44,174 bases of DNA from Patescibacteria group bacterium (GCA_018829905.1 JAHJST010000025.1:1-44174), one strand, 5' to 3'. Shown: positions 9,629 to 19,028, counted from the stretch's first letter. Numbers and translations are program-made. Notes: generated by a model from the sequence alone, not told the origin.

Positions 9629-12358
9629 TTATATCTTCTCAACTTTAAATTCTCCCTTAATAAGCTTATCCGCTATTACAGCTTTTAATACTTGTTCTTT
9701 ATTTTTTTCAATAATTTCTTCATTATAATATAAATTAATTTTATCATTAGGTGTTAATCCTTGTTTTTTACGCTCATCCTGTACTTTTCTAATAAATTCT
9801 CTTACTATTCCCTCTTGTTCTAATTCTTTAGTAATTTTTAAATCTAATTCAACTCCTTGTTTTAATTCCAAAACAATATTTTTAACATTAACTTCATCTT
9901 TTATCAATTCTAATAATTCATCTTCTAATTTATACTTAGGAATTTTTAAAGACAAAAGAGGTTGTCTTACTTTAATTCCAGCATCTGTTCTTTTTTGAAG
10001 AGCCAAACTACAAACTTCTTTAACTTTTAACATTTTTTCTTCTAATTCTTTATTAATTAAATTTTCTTGTTTTGGCCAATCTTCTAAATGAACAGATTCT
10101 TTCTTTGTTATTTCTTTAAAAACATGATCAGAAACAAATGGCATAACTGGAGCCATTAATTTACTTAATTCAATTAAAACATATTTTAATGTTTGAATTG
10201 CTTTTTTATCTTTATCTTTTATTCTTTGTCTGGATCTTCTTAAATACCAAGTAGATAAATCATTAATAAATGGTTCTAATGGTCTAACAGCTTTATTTAA
10301 ATCATAATTATTATATGCATTAGTAATTTCTTTTTTCAAAGATTCTATTTTAGATAAAATCCATTTATCTAAAATATTGTTAGAATTAAAAGATTCTTTA
10401 ATATCTATTTCAAACATTTTATAAAAAGAAAATACATTTAAAAATATTAAAATGATTTTTTTAACAACTTCGCTTACTTCTTTTTCAGAAAAACATAAAT
10501 CTTCTGCTCTCATAACATGAGAAGATGCTAAATAAAATCTAACTGCATCAACTCCATATTTATCAAACATTTTCATTGGATCAGGATAATTATTTAACAT
10601 TTTAGCCATTTTTTTACCATCTTCAGCTAAAACAATTCCATTAACTATTACATTTTTAAAGGATTCTTTTTGTTTAATAGCACTAGATAATACGTGTAAA
10701 TAATAGAACCAAGCACGAGTCTGATCAACTCCTTCTGCAATAAATTCAGCAGGAAAATTCTTTTCAAATTTTTCTTTATTCTCAAAAGGATAATGCATTT
10801 GAGCATAAGGCATTGAACCAGATTCAAACCAACAATCTAAAACATCTGGAATTCTTTTCATTTTTCCTCCACAATTACAATTAAATTCAATTTTATCAAC
10901 AAAATGTTTATGTAAATCTTTAATTTTTACTCCAGAAATATCCTGTAATTCTTTAATAGATCCAAATACTTTTTTCTCTTGACAAGACTCACAAATCCAA
11001 ATAGGCATAACAGATCCCCAAAATCTTTGTCTAGAAATAGACCAATCTTTTGCATTTTCTAACCATTTACCAAATCTTCCGTCTTTAATATGTTTAGGAA
11101 CCCAATTAATATTTTTAGCATTTTTTAACATTTGATCTTTAATTTTTTCAACAGCAACAAACCAAGAATCAGTAGCATAATTTAAAAGCGGAGATTCACA
11201 TCGCCAACAATATGGATAAGTATGAGTAAATTTCTCTGTTTTAAAAACTAAATTCTTTTTCTTAAGAAAATCAATAATTTTTTGATCAGTAGAAACAGGG
11301 TCATTTTTAGGTTTTACTTCTAATCCAGAAAAATCTTTAACATCTTTTGTAAACCTACCATCCATATTAACATGTTGGATAAACGGAAGATCTTTTTCTT
11401 TTCCTAAATTCATATCATCTTCACCAAAAGCAGGTGCAATATGAACAACTCCAGTACCATCTTCTATTGTTACAAAATCTGCTAATTGAATTGTATAATC
11501 TATATCAAAATATTCAAAAAGAGGTTTATACTTTTTACCTTCTAAGTCTTTTGCTTTAACTTCTCCTAATATTTTATACTCTTTATCTTTAAAAATGTTT
11601 TTTAAATTATCTTTGTTTAAAATATATTTTTCATCTCCAGATTTTACTTTTACATATTTAATTTTTTCTCCCATTGCCAAAGCAACATTACCTGGCAATG
11701 TCCAAGAAGTAGTTGTCCATGCTAAAATATATGTTTTTGGTTCATCAACTAATTCAAATTTAGCAATTATTGAAATATCTTCTACTTCTTTGTATCCTTC
11801 AGCAACCTCTGATTGAGATAAGGTTGTTTCACATCTAGGACAAATATGCATTGATTTGTAACCCTTATAAATTAAGTCTTTGTCCCATAATTGTTTAAAT
11901 ACCCACCAAACTGATTCCATAAAATCTAAATCCATTGTTTTATAATCATTTTCCATATCAACCCATCTACCTAATCTATTAATTACTTTTTTCCATTCTT
12001 CAGCATAAAGCATTACTTTGTTTCTGCAACATTCATTAAATTTATCAATTCCAAAATCTTCAATATCTTTTTTAGATTTTGTTTTTAATTCTTGTTCAAC
12101 AATATTTTCTATTGGCAAACCATGACAATCCCATCCCCATTTTCTTTCAACTTTATATCCCTTCATTGTCCAATAACGAGGAATAATATCTTTCATTAAA
12201 GAAGCAACAATATGACCATAATGAGGCAATCCAGTTGCAAATGGTGGACCATCATAAAATACAAAATCTTGTTTAGATTTTTTATCTAAAGATTTTTTAA
12301 ATATATTATTCTTTTGCCAAAACTCAAGAATATTTTTTTCTATTTCTGGAATGTTCAT
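9629..12358 (-). CDS. ileS: Isoleucyl-tRNA synthetase (IleRS2-like)
   Basis: DGPPFATGLPHYGH, GWDCHGLP, WTTT, DWSISRQRFWG, EGVDQTRAWFY, KMAK. Confidence 0.96.
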   Translation of the reverse strand: MNIPEIEKNILEFWQKNNIFKKSLDKKSKQDFVFYDGPPFATGLPHYGHIVASLMKDIIPRYWTMKGYKVERKWGWDCHGLPIENIVEQELKTKSKKDIEDFGIDKFNECCRNKVMLYAEEWKKVINRLGRWVDMENDYKTMDLDFMESVWWVFKQLWDKDLIYKGYKSMHICPRCETTLSQSEVAEGYKEVEDISIIAKFELVDEPKTYILAWTTTSWTLPGNVALAMGEKIKYVKVKSGDEKYILNKDNLKNIFKDKEYKILGEVKAKDLEGKKYKPLFEYFDIDYTIQLADFVTIEDGTGVVHIAPAFGEDDMNLGKEKDLPFIQHVNMDGRFTKDVKDFSGLEVKPKNDPVSTDQKIIDFLKKKNLVFKTEKFTHTYPYCWRCESPLLNYATDSWFVAVEKIKDQMLKNAKNINWVPKHIKDGRFGKWLENAKDWSISRQRFWGSVMPIWICESCQEKKVFGSIKELQDISGVKIKDLHKHFVDKIEFNCNCGGKMKRIPDVLDCWFESGSMPYAQMHYPFENKEKFEKNFPAEFIAEGVDQTRAWFYYLHVLSSAIKQKESFKNVIVNGIVLAEDGKKMAKMLNNYPDPMKMFDKYGVDAVRFYLASSHVMRAEDLCFSEKEVSEVVKKIILIFLNVFSFYKMFEIDIKESFNSNNILDKWILSKIESLKKEITNAYNNYDLNKAVRPLEPFINDLSTWYLRRSRQRIKDKDKKAIQTLKYVLIELSKLMAPVMPFVSDHVFKEITKKESVHLEDWPKQENLINKELEEKMLKVKEVCSLALQKRTDAGIKVRQPLLSLKIPKYKLEDELLELIKDEVNVKNIVLELKQGVELDLKITKELEQEGIVREFIRKVQDERKKQGLTPNDKINLYYNEEIIEKNKEQVLKAVIADKLIKGEFKVEKI

Positions 12359-12900
12359 AATTTTCTTAATTCACCAGTTTTTTGACCTTTAATTGAAAAT
12401 GATTTTTCTGCAAATAAATTTTTAGAAATTCCCTGAAAAGAAACCAATAAATCACTATGAGAAACAATTAAAATATTTTTTTCCTTATACTTATTATCAA
12501 TATCATCTAAAAATCCTTTTGCTCTATTAAAAACATCTGTTAAATTTTCTCCATTAGGTGGTCTTTTTTCAAATCTATTACTATTCCCAAAATATCCATA
12601 CCATTTTTCAATTGAACTACCATTTAAATCTCCTGTATTTATTTCTCTTAATCTTTTATCAAAATTAATTTTTAAATTTAATGATTTTCCAATTATTTCA
12701 GCAGTTGATTTAGCACGCAAAACATCAGAAGAAAATATTAAATCAATATTTTCTCTTTTTAATTTTTTAATTACTTGTTTAACTTGTTTTTTCCCATCCC
12801 TAGTTAATGGATTATACCCTTTTTCAGGCCAAGAACTAACAAAATCATATTTATTAGACCTAGCTTGTCCATGTCTAAGAATAAAATATTGATTATTCAC
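12355..12900 (-). CDS. Histidine phosphatase family protein
   Basis: LRHGQ, FSSD..RA..TA, RLREI..G, LIVSH. Confidence 0.92.
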   Translation of the reverse strand: MNNQYFILRHGQARSNKYDFVSSWPEKGYNPLTRDGKKQVKQVIKKLKRENIDLIFSSDVLRAKSTAEIIGKSLNLKINFDKRLREINTGDLNGSSIEKWYGYFGNSNRFEKRPPNGENLTDVFNRAKGFLDDIDNKYKEKNILIVSHSDLLVSFQGISKNLFAEKSFSIKGQKTGELRKL

Positions 12901-14402
12901 ATTTTTTTAGGCTTTGAAATTCCCATTAAGTCTAATATTTCCTCTAAAACAGTTTTAGTTGCTAAAACTAAACTTAATCTAGCATTTTCCATTTCTTTGT
13001 AATCTCCTAAAACCTTACAATCAGTATAAAATCTATGAAAAGCAGAAGCAACTTCCATTGCATAATGAGGCAATCTTTGAACCTGATAATCTTTAACTGT
13101 ATCTTCAATGATTTCTGGCAATTTAATTAATTGTTTAATTAAATCTAATTCTGAAGGATGATTTAATAATTTTAAATTAGGATTTTTAGGCTTTGCTTTT
13201 TTTAAAATACTATTTATTCTAGCATAAGCATATTGAATATAGAAAACAGGATTTTTTTGAGATTTTTCTTTGGCTAAATCTAAATCAAACTCCATATGTC
13301 TATTAGCAGAATGCATTAAAAAGAAAAATCTTACTGAATCAGAACCAACTTCTTTTAATAAATCATCTAAAGTTTCAAAATTACCTTTTCTTTTAGACAT
13401 TCTAATTTGTTTACCATTTTTAATAATAGTAACAAATTGATGTAAAATTATTTCTAATTTTCCTTTGAACCCAATTGCATCTACTCCAGCCATTAAACTA
13501 GGAACATCTCCATGATGATCAGCTCCCAAGATATTAATTACTTTATCAAATTTTCTAATTTTAAATTTATCTAAATGATAAGCAATATCATCAGCTAAAT
13601 ACGTATATAACCCATCTTTTTTAATTAAAACTCTGTCTCTATTGTCTCCAAACTTAGAAGATTTAAACCAAAGAGCTCCTTCTTTTTCATAAGTTAATTT
13701 TTTTCTTTTTAAAATATCTATTGTTTTTTTAATATCTAAACTACTTTCAAAAAACCATTTATCATATTTAACTCCTAATTTATCTATTGTTTTTTTAATT
13801 AATTTCTCAGTTATTAATTTGGCTGCTTTTTGTCCTGCTTTAAATGGGTCTTTTTCTTTAATATTCAATTTATTAATATATTCTCCTTTATACTCACCTT
13901 CTTTATTCCCTAATACAGAATTTCCTAAACTTAAAATTTGATTACCAGAATCATTAACATAATATTCTTTTTCTACTTTAAACCCAGCCTTATTTAAAAC
14001 ATTAGCTAAAACATCTCCCATAGGTCCTCCCCTGGCATTAGCAATGGTTAAAGGGCCAGTTGGGTTAGCAGATATAAATTCGACTTGGATTTTTTTTCCT
14101 TTCCCAATATTTATTTTACTACCTTTAATTATTTCTTTAACTTGATTTTGCAAAAAAGAATCTTTTAAGAAAAAATTAATAAATCCTGGTTTAACAATTT
14201 CTATTTTTTCAAATAAATCTGTTTTAATTTTTAATTTAATTTCTCCAGCTACTTCTATAGGAGATTTTTTCTTTGCTAAAAGCATTGCTACATTAGTAGC
14301 ATAATCACCAAAAGATTTTTCTTGTGGTGCTTCAACAACAAAATCAATTTTTGATTTAATTGCCTTATTAATTATTTCTTTGATTTGTCTTCTAATAACC
14401 AT
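12897..14402 (-). CDS. argS: Arginyl-tRNA synthetase
   Basis: GDYATN, PGFINF, EFISANPTGPL, EYYVND, GADHHG, RMSKRKG, YIQYAYARI. Confidence 0.96.
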   Translation of the reverse strand: MVIRRQIKEIINKAIKSKIDFVVEAPQEKSFGDYATNVAMLLAKKKSPIEVAGEIKLKIKTDLFEKIEIVKPGFINFFLKDSFLQNQVKEIIKGSKINIGKGKKIQVEFISANPTGPLTIANARGGPMGDVLANVLNKAGFKVEKEYYVNDSGNQILSLGNSVLGNKEGEYKGEYINKLNIKEKDPFKAGQKAAKLITEKLIKKTIDKLGVKYDKWFFESSLDIKKTIDILKRKKLTYEKEGALWFKSSKFGDNRDRVLIKKDGLYTYLADDIAYHLDKFKIRKFDKVINILGADHHGDVPSLMAGVDAIGFKGKLEIILHQFVTIIKNGKQIRMSKRKGNFETLDDLLKEVGSDSVRFFFLMHSANRHMEFDLDLAKEKSQKNPVFYIQYAYARINSILKKAKPKNPNLKLLNHPSELDLIKQLIKLPEIIEDTVKDYQVQRLPHYAMEVASAFHRFYTDCKVLGDYKEMENARLSLVLATKTVLEEILDLMGISKPKKM

Positions 14403-15655
14403 TTATATATTGATTTAATTATTATTATTTTATTATCTATTTTAATTTCTCCATCTTCATTTTCAGTAAGAATTAATCCCTTTTTTAATTTTAATTCTTT
14501 TAATGCTTTTATTAAAGCCTTTACTTCTCTTTCCTTTGTTTCTATGTTATTCAAGCTTTGAGCAACTTGAATTAATAATTCAAGTTTTCTACCCTTTCTA
14601 ATGGCAAAATCAATTTCTAAATTATTTTCAGTACGATAATAATATATTTCTTTTCCTCTTCTTTTTAATTCTATAAAGACTAAATTTTCTAAAAATTTTC
14701 CAACATCTTTTGAAAATCTAAAAGAAATTGAATTGGCTAAATTATTATCAATACAATAAACTTTTTTATTAGCAACAAATTGCTTTTTCAAAGAATAAGA
14801 ATACAAACTAGTTGTAAATATTAAAAAACTATTTTCAAGATAATCAGTATAACTACTTACAGTATTAACGCTTCCCAATTTCAAAAGACTTTTTAATTTA
14901 TTATATGAAAATAAATTGGCCAAATTACTTAAATAATAAAGAGAAAGCTCTCTTAAAGATTTAACTTCCTTAATCTCGTATCTAGTAACAATATCTCTAT
15001 AAAGGATATCTTCATACATTTTTTTTAAAATTTCAGAATTCTTATAATTTAAATATTCTGGCATTCCTCCTTGTTTTAAATATTCATTAAATAATTTATT
15101 TAATTTTCCTCTTTCAACTGTTTTTAATAAAAAATTTTCTTTAAATTCATATTTATTGAATCTCAAAAATTCATCAAAAGAAAAAGGATAAAGTTCACAA
15201 AGAATATATCTTCCAGTTAATTTTGTTCCAAGCTCCTTGCTTAAAAGAGATGCATTTGAACCAGTTATAAAAAACTTAAATCCTCTGTCTTGCATTCTTC
15301 TAACAAAATTTTCCCATCCTTTAATGTTTTGAATTTCGTCGAAAAAGAAAACCTTTTTTTCACCAAAAAGCTCCAAGAAAGACTCATAAAGTAAATTAAA
15401 GTCTTTAGAAAAAAAATCAAGCAAGCGTTCATCTTCAAAATTAAAATAATAACACTTGTCTTTATAAAAAGATCTTATTAATTGAACTAATAAAGTTGAT
15501 TTCCCAACACGCCTAATTCCAGCAATAACAACAATATGTGGCATTTTAAGATATTTTTTAATTAGAAATAAAGCATTTCTTTCTATGCCTTTATCTTTTT
15601 TATCAATAACTTCTTTTTGTTCTAAAATTATTTCCTTTAACAAAGATTTTTCCAT
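14372..15655 (-). CDS. AAA+ ATPase (AAA_14/DUF4143 type)
   Basis: GIRRVGKST Walker A, FFDEIQ Walker B, TGSNAS, GGMPE, KKVY.IDN, ENLVF.EL, EIDF. Confidence 0.9.
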   Translation of the reverse strand: MEKSLLKEIILEQKEVIDKKDKGIERNALFLIKKYLKMPHIVVIAGIRRVGKSTLLVQLIRSFYKDKCYYFNFEDERLLDFFSKDFNLLYESFLELFGEKKVFFFDEIQNIKGWENFVRRMQDRGFKFFITGSNASLLSKELGTKLTGRYILCELYPFSFDEFLRFNKYEFKENFLLKTVERGKLNKLFNEYLKQGGMPEYLNYKNSEILKKMYEDILYRDIVTRYEIKEVKSLRELSLYYLSNLANLFSYNKLKSLLKLGSVNTVSSYTDYLENSFLIFTTSLYSYSLKKQFVANKKVYCIDNNLANSISFRFSKDVGKFLENLVFIELKRRGKEIYYYRTENNLEIDFAIRKGRKLELLIQVAQSLNNIETKEREVKALIKALKELKLKKGLILTENEDGEIKIDNKIIIIKSIYKWLLEDKSKK

Positions 15656-15672
15656 AAATAATTAAATTAATA

Positions 15673-15726
15673 GTTCTCATTGATATTATAAGCTTATCAT
15701 GTAAAGTTCTCATTGTCAATGAGAAC
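15673..15726 (-). promoter_or_regulatory. Promoter with three CAATGAGAAC operator half-sites
   Basis: GTTCTCATTG at 15673 and 15706, inverted copy at 15717; - strand TTGACA-17 nt-TAAGCT. Confidence 0.65.
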
Positions 15727-15729
15727 CAT

Positions 15730-15738
15730 TGTGGATAA
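15730..15738 (-). promoter_or_regulatory. Single consensus DnaA box
   Basis: TTATCCACA on the - strand. Confidence 0.4.
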
Positions 15739-15764
15739 CCCTTTGATTTTTAAAAAGGGCTCTA

Positions 15765-16115
15765 TTAGCCCTTTTTAACTTCATCTATTATTTTTACAAA
15801 TATATCTGGATGGTCTTGGACCAGTTGAGCTAAGATTTTTCTATCAATAATGATTTCATTTTTCTTTAATGCATTAATAAATCTAGAATAAGAAATTCCA
15901 TTTTCTCTACACATAGCATTAATTTGTATTTGCCACAATCTACGAAAACTTCTTTTTTTATTCCTTCTATCTCTATATGAATAAGTCCAGGCATGTTTTA
16001 ATGCCTCTTTAGCTAATCTATACTTAGACTTTCTTCCCCATTTAAATCCTTTTGCCTGCTTTATTATTTTTTTCTTTCTTTTGCGTTTTTGAACGCCTCT
16101 TTTTACCCTTGTCAT
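15765..16115 (-). CDS. rplT: 50S ribosomal protein L20
   Basis: MTRVKRG, YSYRDRRNKKRSFRRLWQIQINA, ISYSRFI, DRKILA. Confidence 0.98.
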   Translation of the reverse strand: MTRVKRGVQKRKRKKKIIKQAKGFKWGRKSKYRLAKEALKHAWTYSYRDRRNKKRSFRRLWQIQINAMCRENGISYSRFINALKKNEIIIDRKILAQLVQDHPDIFVKIIDEVKKG

Positions 16116-16297
16116 AAAAATTTAATTAGATCTTTAGCAATTTTTCCTTTTACAACCTTGAAACCTTTTTTTTTCCTTCTTTGATTTCCTGATTGTTTTG
16201 AATTCAAATGATCCTGATTCTGCGGTCTACGCATCAGTTTTCCTTTTTTGGTTAATCTAAACCTTTTGGTTATTGATTTGTTGGTTTTTCCAGACAT
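16112..16297 (-). CDS. rpmI: 50S ribosomal protein L35
   Basis: KTNKS..KRFRLTKKGKL, H.NSK; lies between infC and rplT. Confidence 0.92.
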   Translation of the reverse strand: MSGKTNKSITKRFRLTKKGKLMRRPQNQDHLNSKQSGNQRRKKKGFKVVKGKIAKDLIKFL

Positions 16298-16821
16298 ATT
16301 GTTATTGCTATTCCTCTTGGATTATTCTTTGTTTCTTCTTCTTTTTTAATATCAAGAGGAATTGTTTCAATAAAATTATCTAATTTTTCTTTAGCAATGT
16401 ATTTTCTACCTCTTTCTCTTCCTTTTAATCTCATTTCTATTCTAACTTTATGACCTAGTTTTAAAAATTTTTCTATTTGCTTAACTCTTGTTTCTAAATC
16501 ATGAGAAGATGTATTAAAACCAATTCTTATTCCCTTTAATTCAAACTTTTTCTGTTTAGCTTTCATTTTTCTTTGTTTTTTCTCTTCAGAATATTGATAT
16601 TTACCATAATCTGTAATCTTACAAACAGGTGGGTTTGCAGTAGGAGAAATTTCTACTAAATCCAATAATCTTTCTTTTGCTATGCTTAATGCCTTAGAAG
16701 TATCAATTATTCCTAAATTTTCTCCTTTTTCATCAATAACTCGCACCTGATCGATGCGAATCATTTCATTGATTCTTGTAAGTTTTTTCTTTTCCTGTTT
16801 TCTAAAAAATGTTTTTCTCAT
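16270..16821 (-). CDS. infC: Translation initiation factor IF-3
   Basis: RINE.IR..QVRVID, LDLVEISP..NPPVCKITDYGKY, GHKV, GRE. Confidence 0.96.
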   Translation of the reverse strand: MRKTFFRKQEKKKLTRINEMIRIDQVRVIDEKGENLGIIDTSKALSIAKERLLDLVEISPTANPPVCKITDYGKYQYSEEKKQRKMKAKQKKFELKGIRIGFNTSSHDLETRVKQIEKFLKLGHKVRIEMRLKGRERGRKYIAKEKLDNFIETIPLDIKKEEETKNNPRGIAITICLEKPTNQ

Positions 16822-16823
16822 TG

Positions 16824-17171
16824 TGGAGACGGGGAGAATCGAACTCCCGTGTAAAAAAATTTTTAAAATAAATCTACAAGCATATTCTGTTTAATTAAAA
16901 CTATTTAAATAAAAAACAGAAAAAAACTTAAATAGTTTTGTCCAAAGAATTCAATATTTTAACCAGGACAAGTTAAAATATCTATCTCAAAAAACTATAA
17001 CATTCTTGATTGTGCATTGAGAATTACAATTAGAATGGCTGTATCAATTAAGCTACAGCAGGTGCAAAATTAAATTTGTTTGCAGTTGTTTTTTATTAGA
17101 TTTTTACGAGCTAACTAATATCCTCGACTTGCATATTTTAAAGAACTTTTCTATCGAAGCCTATCGTCCCC
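16824..17171 (-). ncRNA. ssrA: tmRNA (one-piece); tag ANKFNFAPAVA* at 17083-17048
   Basis: 5' GGGGACG pairs with 3' CGTCTCC-A including the G3-U alanine determinant; T-arm GGGAG-TTCGATT-CTCCC; tag ORF ending AVA; adjacent to smpB; CCA not fully encoded. Confidence 0.95.
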
Positions 17172-17619
17172 TAAATTCTCTTTGTTTTTCTATTTCAAAT
17201 TCTCTTTTTTTAATTTTTTGTCTTTTATCTATTTCTCTTTTTCCTTTTCCAATACCAAATTCTAGTTTAATTAAGTTCTTCTTAGTATATATCTTAATTG
17301 GTATTAATGTCAATCCTTTTTGTTTTGATTTACCAATCAAAGATTGAATTTCTTTTTTCCTTAACAAAAGCTTTCTTGACCTATATTTATCATAATCATC
17401 AGGTGTGTTTTTCTCTTGATATGGAGAAATTAAAGAATTAATTAAAAAAGCTTCTTGATCTTTAATTACAACATATGATCCTTTTAAACTAATGTGGCCG
17501 GCTTTGATTGCTTTAACCTCATGGCCAAAAAGCTTTAAACCGGCCTCATAAGTTTCTAAAATTTCATAATCATAAAGCGCTTTTCTATTTTCTGCTAGTT
17601 TTTTTGCCTTCTGTTGCAT
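17161..17619 (-). CDS. smpB: SsrA-binding protein
   Basis: AENRKALYDY.ILE.YEAGL.L.G.EVKAIK, RSRKLLL, GLTLIP, GKGK..DKR; exact start uncertain (17619-17634). Confidence 0.96.
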   Translation of the reverse strand: MQQKAKKLAENRKALYDYEILETYEAGLKLFGHEVKAIKAGHISLKGSYVVIKDQEAFLINSLISPYQEKNTPDDYDKYRSRKLLLRKKEIQSLIGKSKQKGLTLIPIKIYTKKNLIKLEFGIGKGKREIDKRQKIKKREFEIEKQREFRGR

Positions 17620-17917
17620 CTTCATGCCATTCATCTAATTTTTTATCAATTACTTCATCAACTGTATCAATGATTTTCTTTACTTTCTCATGTACTCTTT
17701 CATCGCCAACTATTTTTCCAAAGATATGACTAGCAACAATTTTTTTTCTTTTTTTCTTTAAAGCAAAAATATATGCTGCTGAAACAATTAGTAATATTGG
17801 CCACCATTTCCAAATAGATGCGTCTAATATTCCAAGATTTGTTAATAATGCTACTACTCCAATAATTAGTATTATTGTTGCTAAAAAGCTGAAACAATAA
17901 TTTATATATGCCATCAT
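17585..17917 (-). CDS. Small membrane protein (LiaI/LiaF-like TM hairpin)
   Basis: ILIIGV.ALL.NLGI...IWKWWPILLI motif followed by a charged tail. Confidence 0.6.
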   Translation of the reverse strand: MMAYINYCFSFLATIILIIGVVALLTNLGILDASIWKWWPILLIVSAAYIFALKKKRKKIVASHIFGKIVGDERVHEKVKKIIDTVDEVIDKKLDEWHEDATEGKKTSRK

Positions 17918-17929
17918 AATTTAATAAAG

Positions 17930-18286
17930 TTACTTTCTAATAATACGACCTTTGTTTCTAATATACCATATAAAGCTCATTAATAAAATACCAATACTAT
18001 TTATTCCTACATCTTTTAATGCTCCGTGTCTTCCAAAAACAAAAGTTTGATGATATTCATCAGAAAAAGCATATAAAACAGCAATTATTATTGATAAAAT
18101 GATTGATTTATTACCAAATGCTCTTAAAAGTAAAAAGGTTAGAATAAAGTATTCTAACACATGAGCAATTTTACGAAGTAAAAAATCTTGTTCTAATCCT
18201 GATTCTAAGCTAGGAAGCGAAGAAAGAAGAAATATTATTCCTGCCCAGACAATGATTGGTAAATAAAATTTTAAAAATCTTTTCAC
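17930..18286 (-). CDS. VanZ family membrane protein
   Basis: IIFLLSS, RKIAHVLEY, YAFSDEYHQTFV.GR; GTG start matches the ATG of the duplicated 5' copy. Confidence 0.9.
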   Translation of the reverse strand: MKRFLKFYLPIIVWAGIIFLLSSLPSLESGLEQDFLLRKIAHVLEYFILTFLLLRAFGNKSIILSIIIAVLYAFSDEYHQTFVFGRHGALKDVGINSIGILLMSFIWYIRNKGRIIRK

Positions 18287-18287
18287 T

Positions 18288-18548
18288 TTAAAATTTGTAA
18301 ACAGAATGATCTCCAACAGAATGAAGCCATATTGTATTTTTATTTTTCAATTCAAATATTATTCTATATTTCTGATCAATAGAAAAAGCCCATAAACCAC
18401 TTAATTTACCAGAAAGCTTATGAGTTTTTAGGCTCTTATCAAATGGATTTTTTCTAAAAATATGTTCTTTTTCTTTAATCTTTTCTTTTATTTTTTTTGG
18501 AAGCTTTTTGTATTTTCTTTCAAATTTAACCGAATAATATATTTTCAT
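18288..18548 (-). CDS. RelE/YafQ-type toxin
   Basis: YS..FER.YKKL, NPF...LKTHKLSG, FSI...YRIIF, VGDH. Confidence 0.88.
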   Translation of the reverse strand: MKIYYSVKFERKYKKLPKKIKEKIKEKEHIFRKNPFDKSLKTHKLSGKLSGLWAFSIDQKYRIIFELKNKNTIWLHSVGDHSVYKF

Positions 18549-18551
18549 AAA

Positions 18552-18767
18552 TTAATCTAAGTCTTTAAAAGATTTTAAAACTTTGCCTTTTCCTAAAACA
18601 ATTTCTCTTCTGCTTTCTTCTATTTCTTTTAATAATTTTCTTTCCATCCAATCTCTTAATAAACTTCTAAAGAATTCGCTTTTTGTAGCATATTCTCCAG
18701 TTTTTACATTTTTTTCAACAACCTTGTTTAATTCAGCAGGCAATGATATATTTACAATTTTTCTCAT
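18552..18767 (-). CDS. Ribbon-helix-helix antitoxin
   Basis: IVNISLP..L...VE......YATKSEFFR.LLR; immediately upstream of the RelE gene. Confidence 0.85.
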   Translation of the reverse strand: MRKIVNISLPAELNKVVEKNVKTGEYATKSEFFRSLLRDWMERKLLKEIEESRREIVLGKGKVLKSFKDLD

Positions 18768-18773
18768 ATATTT

Positions 18774-18830
18774 GTAATATTAATTATTACTTTGTATTAC
18801 AATATTATTATAGAAAAAATAGCTTGTCAA
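18774..18830 (-). promoter_or_regulatory. TA promoter with GTAATA/TATTAC operator repeats
   Basis: TTGACA(18830-18825)-17 nt-TAATAT; GTAATA at 18774, TATTAC at 18785 and 18795. Confidence 0.6.
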
Positions 18831-18835
18831 GTATA

Positions 18836-18904
18836 TTAATATTTATTTTTCCCAATACCAATTTTACTTACAACTTTTCCTATCCTCCTTAAAAGGGCAT
18901 GCTT
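18836..18904 (-). pseudogene. 3' relic of a diverged dedA allele
   Basis: KHALLRRIGKVVSKI aligns ungapped with the dedA C-terminus KFAFFRKIGRAINKM; both are followed by TTGACAAG. Confidence 0.6.
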
Positions 18905-19028
18905 AAGCAATTTTACGAAGTAAAAAATCTTGTTCTAATCCTGATTCTAAATTAGGAATTGATGAAAGAAGAAATATTATTCCTGCCCAGATAATTATTG
19001 GTAAATAAAATTTTAAAAATCTTTTCAT
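18903..19028 (-). pseudogene. 5' fragment (41 codons) of vanZ
   Basis: 18906-19027 is a near-identical 122-bp direct repeat of 18164-18285; the fragment stops at RKIA-TAA. Confidence 0.9.

Noticed and set aside
15730-15738. oriC
   Set aside because: Only one DnaA box in a short intergenic region; no dnaA or dnaN
16824-16850. Stand-alone tRNA or tRNA-fragment att site
   Set aside because: It is the 3' tRNA-like domain of tmRNA, pairing with the 5' end at 17171; no duplicate copy seen in the window
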